64,000 nt of DNA. It comes from an uncultured Acidobacteriota bacterium (GTDB taxonomy: Bacteria > Acidobacteriota > Thermoanaerobaculia > Multivoradales > UBA5704). Both the position numbers and the translations under genes were made by a program. The notes under the pieces are model-generated. The model was given only the letters and a program-made list of their open reading frames with translations. It was not told the DNA's origin and did no database searches. Positions 31,909 to 43,000 of the stretch are shown piece by piece (the stretch's first letter is position 1; each line of letters starts with the position of its first letter). The DNA lies in NCBI GenBank assembly GCA_963770895.1, contig CAVYRF010000002.1, positions 2,272,001 to 2,336,000 on the forward strand, given 5' to 3'.

Positions 31909-33624
31909 CTACGGGGCGGCGCCGACCTCGACGTCGAAGACGCCGGTGAGGATCTGGCCGCCGCTTTGGACCTGGATCCACAGGCGGTAGCGGCCGGGGT
32001 CGGGGAACTCGTAGGGGAACGACACCTGGCCGTTGGCGCCGGCGCCTGCCATGCTTTCCATGCCCTCCATTGCTGCCATTCCGTCCATGCCTGCCATGGG
32101 GGCCATGCCGTGTGGGATGGGCATGGCCATGGCCGCCGGCGCGGGCGCCGAGGACGCGCCGGCGGCCGGACCGGTTGCATGGCCTTGCCCCGGCACCGCG
32201 CCGCGCCGGGCGAGCAGGCTTTGCGCGGTCATCGAGATCGAGCCCTGGGGGTGGAGGTGGACGAAGACCTGGCCGTCGTCGCGGCAGACGATGGCGTGGC
32301 CGAGCATGCCCATGTAGGGCTGCAGCGCGACCGGCTGGCCGTCGGGCGTGCGCACGGCGAAGTGCAGGTGGGCGTCGCGGCCGGCAACGGGCGGGCGCGA
32401 TGGCGGGCGCAACCAGGCCATGGTCAGGCCGCCGTCGAGGGTGCTGACGATGGCTTCGGTGGGCGGCCGCCAGGCGACGGCCGGCGCCAGGCGCATGGAG
32501 TCGTCCGGGTCGGACTGCAGGACGGGACGCTGGGTGTCGAAGGGAGCCGGCAGCGGCGGCGGCGGCGGCAACGAGATGGTGGCCGGGATGGTTTCGGCAA
32601 AGCCGCTTTCCTGCGTGATGTCGGCGAACAGGCGATAGACGCCGGCAGGGAGCCTGGGGAGCGCGACGCGGTAGGTGGCGGTCTCCTCGCTGGCGCCGGG
32701 CGCGCCGGCGCTTGCCGCGGGCTGCGGATGCAGGTGGGCGAAGGCGTCGAAGCCCGGTGTGCGGATCAGGAACAGATGCATCAGCTTGCCGTGATCGGGC
32801 ACCAGCGGGGTCCAGTCGCGGCCGCCCCAGCGCGGGTCGGCAAAGGTCAGCTCAAGGACGTGCTGCGGACCGTCGGTGCGCACCTTGGCGACGGCGTGGT
32901 AGGGCTTGTAGAGGTTCTGGCGGTAGGAGCGGTCCACGGCATCCCACCACTGCCGCCCGCCCAGCGCCAGCGCCGCCAGGATGAGGGCGGCGCCGGCCGC
33001 GGCGATGCGGGCGCGACGCCGGTCGCGCGCTTGCGGCAGGTCGCCCGGCGCCAGCGTGCTTTCGCGCACTCCCGCTCCCACCAGGGACACCATGCCGGCG
33101 AACAGCACCCCTCCCAGCGCCAGCAGCACGACGCTCAGGCCGCGCGGCAGCGGCAGGCGCCGGCTGGCGGCGGTCGAGACCGGCACCACCACGGTGCCCT
33201 GTCCGGCGGGCCCGGCGACGGTGACGCGGATGTCGTAGGAGTTGGCGGTCATCAGCCACAGCTGGGTCGAGAACAGGTCCGGTTGGCCGCGCACCGGCTG
33301 GGCGACGTCCGGCGGGGGAGCGCCCTCGGGGCCGGCGTCCCATTCGACCGGTTGCGCGTTGACGGTGACGCCCTTGAGCGCGCCCGGCCGGCCGGGCGCC
33401 GGCCCCGGCGGGTCCACCTTCACGGCGATTTCGGCCAGACCCGGAATCACCCCCGGCGGGCGCACCACGATGTGCACGGCGTAGGGGCCGGCGCGGCCGT
33501 CCAGGAAGACGTTGGGGCTGCCCAGGTGGGCGCAGGTCGCCAGGGCGACGGCGCAGGCCGCCGCGGCCGTCGCCGCGGCCCGCCAGCGCCGCGCCGTTTG
33601 GGCGCTCAATCGGTGCCCCGTCAC
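31909..33624 (-). CDS. Exported, 2-TM, His/Met-rich putative copper-binding protein
   Basis: GTGA coupling at 33621-33624; signal peptide then HLGSP; central TM hairpin; HGKLMH..FAHLHP and MLGH..FVHLHP; Met-rich loop. Confidence 0.72.
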   Translation of the reverse strand: MTGHRLSAQTARRWRAAATAAAACAVALATCAHLGSPNVFLDGRAGPYAVHIVVRPPGVIPGLAEIAVKVDPPGPAPGRPGALKGVTVNAQPVEWDAGPEGAPPPDVAQPVRGQPDLFSTQLWLMTANSYDIRVTVAGPAGQGTVVVPVSTAASRRLPLPRGLSVVLLALGGVLFAGMVSLVGAGVRESTLAPGDLPQARDRRRARIAAAGAALILAALALGGRQWWDAVDRSYRQNLYKPYHAVAKVRTDGPQHVLELTFADPRWGGRDWTPLVPDHGKLMHLFLIRTPGFDAFAHLHPQPAASAGAPGASEETATYRVALPRLPAGVYRLFADITQESGFAETIPATISLPPPPPLPAPFDTQRPVLQSDPDDSMRLAPAVAWRPPTEAIVSTLDGGLTMAWLRPPSRPPVAGRDAHLHFAVRTPDGQPVALQPYMGMLGHAIVCRDDGQVFVHLHPQGSISMTAQSLLARRGAVPGQGHATGPAAGASSAPAPAAMAMPIPHGMAPMAGMDGMAAMEGMESMAGAGANGQVSFPYEFPDPGRYRLWIQVQSGGQILTGVFDVEVGAAP

Positions 33625-34910
33625 CGCCGGACCCGCGCCATCCAACCGCCCCAGGCCAGACCGACGCGGGCCGAGATGGCGGCGAGCAGCACGCAGACCG
33701 CCGCGGCGGCGGGTGAAAGCGGGTCGCCCAGGCCGCGGAACTGGTGCCGCCAGGGTCCGAGTCGGGTGTGATAGGTCCACTCGTCCCCGGCAAAGAACCA
33801 GTTGCGCGCGTGCGGCCCCAGCAGGAAGCCGGCGAACTGCCACTGCGCCGCGACGTAGCAGGCGAAGAACGCGACGCCCAGCAGCAGGGCGAGCAGCGTG
33901 CGGTTGGCCGGCAATCGCGGGCGCCGCTGCAGCAGCAGGTCGATGGCGATCGCCGGCACGATCACCAGCGGCGGGAAAAACAGCGGCCACATGTGGTGGA
34001 TGGGGTTGTAGATCGGCGCCAGGCGCGGGGTCGCCGGGAACAGCGGCAGCACCCACGTCATGATCAGCCGCACCGCCATGGCGATGCCGGCGACCGTGGT
34101 GGCCGGCCAGCGCAGGCGCGCGGCGCAGGCGGCGGCCACCAGCAGCACCGGCAGCACGGCGCAGCTGATCTTGTAGAACAGCGCCCCGTGCTGCAGGTTG
34201 GGCGCGCTGTATTCCAGGAACAGGGTCATCACGATCGCCACCAGCGACCCCGCCGCCCAGGCGTAGACCAGCGCCGGCAGGCGGGTGGCCCCGGCTATCC
34301 CGGCGATGCCCGCGGTCCCTGGTGCGAGGGTGCCGGCCGGCGTCGTCGGCACCGTCGGCGTCGGTTGTGTCGTGCGGTTCTGCACCGCCAGGGCCTGCAG
34401 CATGGCGCCGAGCTGCACCGCGAGGATGCCGGCGGCAAGCAGGATGTGCGGCGGCGAAATGATTCGGACGTCCAGGCCGTAGGCGTTATGCCACCAGTCG
34501 TCGAACGGCGCCGAGGTGAGCATCGCGAAGGTGCCCCAGATGGCAACCCAGGCGCCGAGCGAGGCGCGGAAGCCCCAGAATCCGACGGTCGCGGCGCGCC
34601 GCCGGGCGGTGCCGGTGAAGGTGGCGGCAAGGGCCTCCCAGCCGGCCGACAGGCCGCAGAGCAGGCCGCCCAGGTAGAGCGCCAGGTGCGCCGGCGTCCA
34701 GAACGTGTCGCGTCCGATGCTGGCGTGCCACGAGATGTCCCACAGCAGGCCGACGCAAATGCTGGTGGTGCCCAGGACCGCCGCGACCAGGTGGCCGGAG
34801 ACCGGCTCGCGCTCGCCTGGCCCGCGCGCCAGCAGCGGCAGCGCGGACCGTTGGGCGCTCGCTTCCGCCGCGGCGGCCGGCGTGTCACGGCGGTCGAGAA
34901 GGGTTTCCAT
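33621..34910 (-). CDS. Polytopic membrane protein with two PmoC/AmoC-like metal motifs
   Basis: WDISWHASIGRDTFWTPAH and FDDWWHNAYGLDVRIISPPH; about 9-10 hydrophobic segments; GGAG RBS. Confidence 0.75.
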   Translation of the reverse strand: METLLDRRDTPAAAAEASAQRSALPLLARGPGEREPVSGHLVAAVLGTTSICVGLLWDISWHASIGRDTFWTPAHLALYLGGLLCGLSAGWEALAATFTGTARRRAATVGFWGFRASLGAWVAIWGTFAMLTSAPFDDWWHNAYGLDVRIISPPHILLAAGILAVQLGAMLQALAVQNRTTQPTPTVPTTPAGTLAPGTAGIAGIAGATRLPALVYAWAAGSLVAIVMTLFLEYSAPNLQHGALFYKISCAVLPVLLVAAACAARLRWPATTVAGIAMAVRLIMTWVLPLFPATPRLAPIYNPIHHMWPLFFPPLVIVPAIAIDLLLQRRPRLPANRTLLALLLGVAFFACYVAAQWQFAGFLLGPHARNWFFAGDEWTYHTRLGPWRHQFRGLGDPLSPAAAAVCVLLAAISARVGLAWGGWMARVRR

Positions 34911-34922
34911 TCGCCGTCTCCG

Positions 34923-36695
<1,773 letters not shown>

Positions 36696-36812
36696 CCCCG
36701 CAGTCTAGTGCGAGTCGCCCACCGGGGGAACTCCAGGCACTGCCGCTGATCCGGGAGGCGCTCGGAGCTGTGGGATACGATCGCGGCGCCAGATCATAGA
36801 CAAGGAGAGTGC

Positions 36813-37271
36813 ATGTCCCAGGGTGAGGCGCAGGATGTATCGAATCACGTTCGGTTTGTGCCGCTGTATCACTTCGTCGCCAGCCTTTTGCTGCTGGTGA
36901 ATTTTGTGTGGGGGTGCGTGCGGATCTATCACTTGCGCGATGCGGGGCGCTTTGCGCTGGCCAACGCGGGGGTCGAGCTGTTGGTGGCGGTGGCGCTGGT
37001 GATCATCTGGGCTTATGTGCGCATCTTTCCGCTGGCGGTGCAGGATCGGGTGATTCGCCTGGAGATGCGGCTGCGGCTGGCGGAGGTGCTGCCGGCTGAG
37101 CTGCGCTCGCGGGTGGCTGAGCTGACGGTGCCGCAGCTGGTCGCGTTGCGGTTTGCCAGCGACGCGGAGCTGCCGGAGCTGGTGCGCGCCGTGCTGGAGG
37201 GGCGGCTGCGCGGGCAGGCCGAGATCAAGGGCCAGATCCGGTCGTGGCAGGCGGATCATCAGCGGGCTTAG
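36813..37271 (+). CDS. DUF6526-like membrane protein
   Basis: HVRFVPLYHF, QDRVIRLEMRLR, VALRFASDAEL, WQADHQR; AAGGAG RBS. Confidence 0.7.
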   Translation: MSQGEAQDVSNHVRFVPLYHFVASLLLLVNFVWGCVRIYHLRDAGRFALANAGVELLVAVALVIIWAYVRIFPLAVQDRVIRLEMRLRLAEVLPAELRSRVAELTVPQLVALRFASDAELPELVRAVLEGRLRGQAEIKGQIRSWQADHQRA

Positions 37272-37340
37272 CCGCCGGCGGGAGCCCTGGCGCGGTGTCG
37301 GCGGGGCTGGCTGGCGCCGGCTGCCGGGATCGGCGGCGCC

Positions 37341-40013
37341 TCAGTCGACGGTGATCTCGACCTGGCGGGAGGTGGCGCCGGGGAAGGGGGGCTTGACGAC
37401 GAAGGTGTGGTGCCCCGGCTGCAGGCGCCAGCGGGCGGTGTAGGGGTAGGGGGCGGTGGCGAAGGGCTGGCCGTCGACGTACCAGACGACTTCGCTGATC
37501 GGCGGATCGACCACGACCGAGAGCGCCAGGGTGTCGAGGCCGGGCGGCGTCTCGGGGTCGCGGAGGAGCCTGGCGCCGCCTTCGGGTGAGGTGATGCGCA
37601 GGTGCACGGCGCCTCCGGCCAGGGCGACGCCGGCGGGACCGCCCGCCGGCCAGGGGCTGGCGACGTCGGCGCGGACGGCGGTGCCGGAGAGCGCGGGCAC
37701 GGCGGTGGCGCCGCGGCCGTCTCCCGCTGTTCCGCCGGCGCCTTGGCGGCTGATCGCCCAGAGGTCGACGCGGCTGGTGTCGAGGGGCGGGCGCGGCAGG
37801 CCGGCGGCGGCCTGCCAGGCGGCGTAGCGCGGCGGCAGGTCGACGAAGGCGCGCAGCTCGGTTGCCGCGGGGGGCGTCGCGGCGGTGGCGAGCAGGCCGG
37901 TGCGCCGGTCGATGGCGCGCTGCTGGTGGACCTGGCAGTCGTCGGCGGGTTCGTCACCGGGCCGGAACCATTCCAGGAACACGCGGTCGCAGGCGGCGGT
38001 GGCGCGCTGGCCCGACAGGGCGCAGACGCGCACCGGGCGGTAGCCGCGCGGCGGCGGGAAGGAGTGGTCCTCCAGGCCGTCCTGCTGGTCGCCGTGCAGC
38101 AGCAGGAGCACGCGGCGCACCAGGTCGGCGGCGGACAGGTACCCGGACAGCTGGTTCATGGCGCGGAAGCCGGGGTGGCCGACCCACGAGGCGACCAGGT
38201 AGCGGGTGGACCAGGCGACGGCCCAGGCGTCGTGGTAGTTGGTCGAGGTGCCGGTCTTGACCGCCACCGGGAAGCGGTACTCGGTGGCTCCCATGCGCGG
38301 GAAGGTGGGCAGCCGCGCCTGCGGGTCGGACAGGAACAGGGTGATCTGGCGTGCCGCGTCCTCGCTGAAGATCCGCCGCGGCGGCGCCTGGCGCTGGTCG
38401 CGCACCCAGCGCAGTCCCGGCATGGGGAGCCGGCCGTCGCCGGCCAGGGTGAGGTAGGCGTGCGCCAGCTCTTCCAAGGTCACCGGCAGGCCGCCGATCG
38501 CCATGCCGAGGCCATAGTGGCGCGCCGGCAGGGCGCCGTCGGTCAGGCCCAGCTCGCGCAGCAGACCGTAGCCCTGGTCGAGGCCGAGCCGCGCCAGCAG
38601 CTCGACGGCCGGCACGTTGCGCGAGTTGGCGAGCGCCACGCGCGGCAGCAGCGGACCCAGGAACGCGTCGTCGGCGTTGGCGATGCCGCCGGGACCGCGC
38701 TCCAGGTCGTCCATCATGGTGGTCGGGGCGAGGACGCCGCGGTCGAGCGCCTGGGCGTACAGGAACGGCTTGAGGGTGCTGCCGGCCGAGCGCCGCACCC
38801 GCGTGTAGTCGATCGCGCCGTGGTCCTCCTGGTCGAAGTAGTCGGCCGAGCCCACCCAGGCGAGCACCTCCTGGCGGGCCAGGTCCAGGACCAGGAGCGA
38901 AGCGTTGCCGGCGCCGCGGTCGCGCCAGTCGGCGAGCGCCCGCCAGGTCATGTCGGTGGCGGTGCGCTGCAGGTCCAGGTCCAGGGTGGTGCGCAGCACC
39001 GGGGGCGGGGCCGCTCCTGCCGCCGCCGGCGCCGGCGCGACCGCGAGCTGGCCCAGGGCGAGCAGCGACTGCAGGTGGAGGATGGCGTGCAGCGCTTCAG
39101 GGGGGCGGTGCTCGCGATAGGGGATGCGCAGCTGGGCCAGCTGCACCCGCGCCAGGGCGTACTCGGCCGGCGACAGGACGCCGCGGCCGGCCAGCGCCGC
39201 CAGCACGCGCGTGCCGCGGCGCACGGCGCGCTCGCGGCCGGCGGGCAGGAACGGGTTCATGCGCGCCGGCGCCTGCGGCAGTGCCGACAGGAAGGCGATC
39301 TCGGCCCAGGACAGGTCTTCGACCGGCTTGTCGAAGTAGCTGCGCGCGGCGTAGGCGATGCCGTGGATGCGGTTGCCGAAGGGGACCAGGCGCAGGTACT
39401 GGCGGAGGATCTCGCGCTGGCCGTAGCGGTCGGTGAGCAGCACGGCGGTGATCGCTTCGCTCAGCTTGCGCAGGTAGCCGCGCGCGCCGGGGTTCTGCAT
39501 GCGGGCGACCTGCATGGCCAGGGTCGAGGCGCCCGACACCCGGCCGCCGGTGCGCAGGTTCTGCGCCACGGCCCGCGCCACCGCCAGCAGGTCGACACCG
39601 GGATGAGTGGCGAAGCGCCGGTCTTCCAGGGCCAGGGTCGCCGCCACGACGCGCGGCGGCGGCTCCGCCACCGGCCAGTAGCCCAGCTCGGCGGCCTCGT
39701 TCAGGCCGGCGGCGGCGGCCCCCGCGCCGCCGGGCAGCTCGCCCAGGAAGCGGCCGGCGCGGTCCAGGAGCAGCACCGTCGGCGGCGGCGCGATCAGGCG
39801 GGCACGCCACGTCGCCATGCCGGCGGCTCCGACAACGACCAGCGCCGCCGCGACGCCGCCGGCGGCCAGGCCCCACAGGGCGAGCCGCGGCAGCAGCTGC
39901 CGCGCTCCGGACGTCTCGCGCACCCGGCGCATTCGGCGCAGCCCGCGAGCGGCGGCACCCAGGCGCCGCCGCCCCAGCCGCAGCCATGCTCTTGCCGCCG
40001 CCGGCATCGCCAT
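37341..40013 (-). CDS. pbpC: Penicillin-binding protein 1C
   Basis: EDRRF, SGASTLAMQVARM (transglycosylase); STLK, SRN, KTGT (transpeptidase); C-terminal WYVDG domain; follows A2M. Confidence 0.9.
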   Translation of the reverse strand: MAMPAAARAWLRLGRRRLGAAARGLRRMRRVRETSGARQLLPRLALWGLAAGGVAAALVVVGAAGMATWRARLIAPPPTVLLLDRAGRFLGELPGGAGAAAAGLNEAAELGYWPVAEPPPRVVAATLALEDRRFATHPGVDLLAVARAVAQNLRTGGRVSGASTLAMQVARMQNPGARGYLRKLSEAITAVLLTDRYGQREILRQYLRLVPFGNRIHGIAYAARSYFDKPVEDLSWAEIAFLSALPQAPARMNPFLPAGRERAVRRGTRVLAALAGRGVLSPAEYALARVQLAQLRIPYREHRPPEALHAILHLQSLLALGQLAVAPAPAAAGAAPPPVLRTTLDLDLQRTATDMTWRALADWRDRGAGNASLLVLDLARQEVLAWVGSADYFDQEDHGAIDYTRVRRSAGSTLKPFLYAQALDRGVLAPTTMMDDLERGPGGIANADDAFLGPLLPRVALANSRNVPAVELLARLGLDQGYGLLRELGLTDGALPARHYGLGMAIGGLPVTLEELAHAYLTLAGDGRLPMPGLRWVRDQRQAPPRRIFSEDAARQITLFLSDPQARLPTFPRMGATEYRFPVAVKTGTSTNYHDAWAVAWSTRYLVASWVGHPGFRAMNQLSGYLSAADLVRRVLLLLHGDQQDGLEDHSFPPPRGYRPVRVCALSGQRATAACDRVFLEWFRPGDEPADDCQVHQQRAIDRRTGLLATAATPPAATELRAFVDLPPRYAAWQAAAGLPRPPLDTSRVDLWAISRQGAGGTAGDGRGATAVPALSGTAVRADVASPWPAGGPAGVALAGGAVHLRITSPEGGARLLRDPETPPGLDTLALSVVVDPPISEVVWYVDGQPFATAPYPYTARWRLQPGHHTFVVKPPFPGATSRQVEITVD

Positions 40014-40050
40014 CGCCCTGCCCCTTCTCCTGCCCTTCCCGCCCGCCCGC

Positions 40051-43000
40051 CTAGTGGCCCGCCGCCGGCGCCGGCGCCGGCGGGCGCACCACGTCGACGC
40101 GCGCGCCGGCGGAGTTGCCGTGCACCGTGGCGTCGTACATCGCCTCGGCGCGCGCCGCCGGCTGCAGGAAGCTGCCTTCGGTGGTGGCGCGGGTGCGGAA
40201 GTAGAAGTCGAACGTCCCGCTGGGCAGGGTGTCGTAATAGAACGTCACCTCGTCGTCCAGATAGGCGGCGTAGCTGGGCCCGAGCGACAGGCTGCCGCGC
40301 GGCCGGGCTTCCGGCGGCGCGGTCGCCAGGTTGGGGTTGAGCGGCTCCAGGCCCGCGGCGAGCGGCACCGCCACCGCCACGTAGTGCCGCTCCTTGGGGT
40401 TGACCACGCGCACGTGCTCCTCGACCACGTCGCCCACCGCGAAGTGCAGGGTGGTGCCGCCGTGGGCGATCGCCAGCTGATCCGGCGGCCCGCCGGCGGG
40501 GTGGACCTTGAGCAGCTCGCGGCTGACCACCAGGCCGGCGGCGGCCGGTTCCACGCGGTCGCCTTCGGTCGCCGGCATGTAGCTGGTTTCGACCCGCACC
40601 GCGACCGGCCGCGCGTCGGCGCCCTGCTGCCCGGCCGCCGCCAGCGAGATGGTGCCCGCCGCCCCCGCGTCCTCGGCGGTGGCAACCAGCGTCGCGACCG
40701 GCGCCTGTGGCCCGAGCGCGAGCGTAGAGCTGGTCTTGCCCAGCTTGACGTCGAGCGTGTGGGCGCCGGCGCCGGCGAACGGCGGCCGCAGCAGCTCTCC
40801 CAGGGCGAGCAGCGCTTCGGCGTTGGCGTTGGTGGAACCCCAGCCGTCGCCGCCGCCGAGCGTCGTCAACGCCGTCACCAGCACCGGCAGGCGCGGATCG
40901 GCGCCGTCGTGGCGCACCAGCGCGCGGGTCGCCTCCGACAGGGTGCGCGTTTCGCCGGGCAGGATCAGGCCGTTGCCGGCGAAGACCGGGCCGCCGGCTC
41001 CCTGCAGGCCGCCGTAGATCTGGTGGCCGCCGTACAGCTTGAACACGATGCCGCCCCACAGGCGGCGGGCAAGGGCGTCGGCGGTGGGGCCGGCGTCGCC
41101 GCCGGCGGCGGCTGCCGCGGCCGGGTGCGCCGGCTTGGCGGCGGCGGGGCCGGCGAACGCCAGCAGCACCTGGGACACCCCTTCCAGGTCGAGGAACTGC
41201 GTCTTGCGCGCCAGCTCGGCGGCGTAGGCGGGTTGCGCCTCGCCGGCCGCGGTCAGCGCGGCGAGCGCCCAGCTGCGCTCGGCAAACGCCTCGCCGTCGA
41301 TGAAGTGGCCGTAATCGGTGCGCAGCGACTGCTCGAGCGACCGGGTGACGGTGGCCCACAACTTGGCGTTGATGGTGTAGCCGCCGGCCTTGGCCTCCAC
41401 CATGAATTGCAGCGACCAGGCGGTGAGCGACACGTAGCCCCTGCTGCCCGGCCAGTAGGCGACCAGGCCGTCGGCGTCGACGGCGCGGCCGATCCAGTCG
41501 AGCGTCTCGGTGACGTCGCGCCGCAGGCGCTGGTCGTCGCCGCTTTCGTGCAGCAGGTCGCGCAGGCGGGCCAGGGCCAGCTCCGCGCGGGCGCGCGACA
41601 GCCGCTGCTCGGTGCAGCCATAGGGGTAGTCGAGCAGGAAGTCGAGCCCGGCTGCCATGCGCACCAGCGCCGGCTCGCCCGACGCCAGGATCGATCGCCG
41701 CACCGTCCCCGGCCGCGCCGGCTCGGGCAGCGCCGGCACCTGCAGGGTGCCGCCGCCGAGCAGGTCCTGCTGCAGGCGCACCGCGACGCGCCGCCGGTCG
41801 TCGCGCACCGGCAGCTTGACCTCGGCGGCGTCGGCGGCGTGATCGCCCGTCCGCTCGGCGGCGAAGCGCAGCGTCACCTCGGCGCTTGCCGGGGTGCCGT
41901 CGGGCCGGAAGCCCGGCGTTTCGACGGTGACCGGGAATTCGATGCGCGACGCCTCCTTGGCGCTCCACTGGATGTCCTGGCGCCGCGCCCCGCCGACGGT
42001 GACGCCGGTGGCGCGCACCTCGGCCACGCCGGCGCCGCCCTCCCCTTCGACGACGCGGCCGATGGCCGCCGCCTTGAAGCGGTCGCCCGGCCTGACGAAG
42101 CGCGGCAGGGCCGGCTGCACCAGGACCGGCAGGCGCACCGAAATTTCGCCGGTGCCGAAGCCGAAGCGCTCGGCGCCGCTCGCCACCTTCGCGCGGATCT
42201 TGAAGTTGGTCAGGTCGTCGGGCAGCTCGACCGCGACCTTGGCCGTCCCGTCGGGGCCGATCTCGATGCTGGGGTTGAAGTAGGGCACCGGCTTGAAATT
42301 GCGCCGCACGGTCACACGGTCGAGCAGACCGGTGGACGCGCCACCGCCGACTTCGCCGCCGGGGTTTTCGGCGTAGGGCAGGAACCCGAAGGCCAGGTTG
42401 CGGCTGTCGCCGATCGTCAGGTGCGAGGCGACGGCGGTGATGAAGTCGGGCAGCGGGTCCAGGCGCTGTTCGCGGCCGAGCGCCAGCACCGCTTGATCGA
42501 CCAGCCACAGCGTCGCCTCGCCCGGCTGCGGCCGTCCCTGCGGGTCGGCGATGGCGATCTTGACCTCGATCGTCTGGCCCGGCCGGGCCTTTTCGGGATA
42601 GGCGAGCTTGACGTCAAGCCGGTTGTCGAGCGGCGCCACCTTGAGCCAGGTGGTGGCGGCGACGGTCGCCGGCCGCCCCAGGTCGGCGGCGCTGCCGGGC
42701 TGCGGCGCGGTGCCCGCCACCCGGCCGCGCTCCAGCATGAAGTGCACCGGCACGCGCGGCGTATAGCTGCCCAGGATCGGCACCTTGAAGGTCGCGGCGC
42801 CGCCTTCGACGGCGACCCAGCTGTAGACGTTGCCCTCGGGCGCCTCGATCACCGCCAGCGCCCGGCCGTGCTGGAACGGGCTTTCCAGGACCAGATCGGC
42901 GGTCTCTCCCGGACGGTACTCGGTCTTGTCGGGGATGACCTGGAAGACCCCTGCCGGCGGCTTTGCCCAGGTCACCGCCTGCTCGCCGCCGGCGTACAGG

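Noticed and set aside
33621-34910. Bona fide pmoC/amoC indicating methanotrophy or nitrification
   Set aside because: Only motif-level similarity, protein much longer than PmoC, no pmoA or canonical pmoB; kept as a distant-homologue hypothesis only
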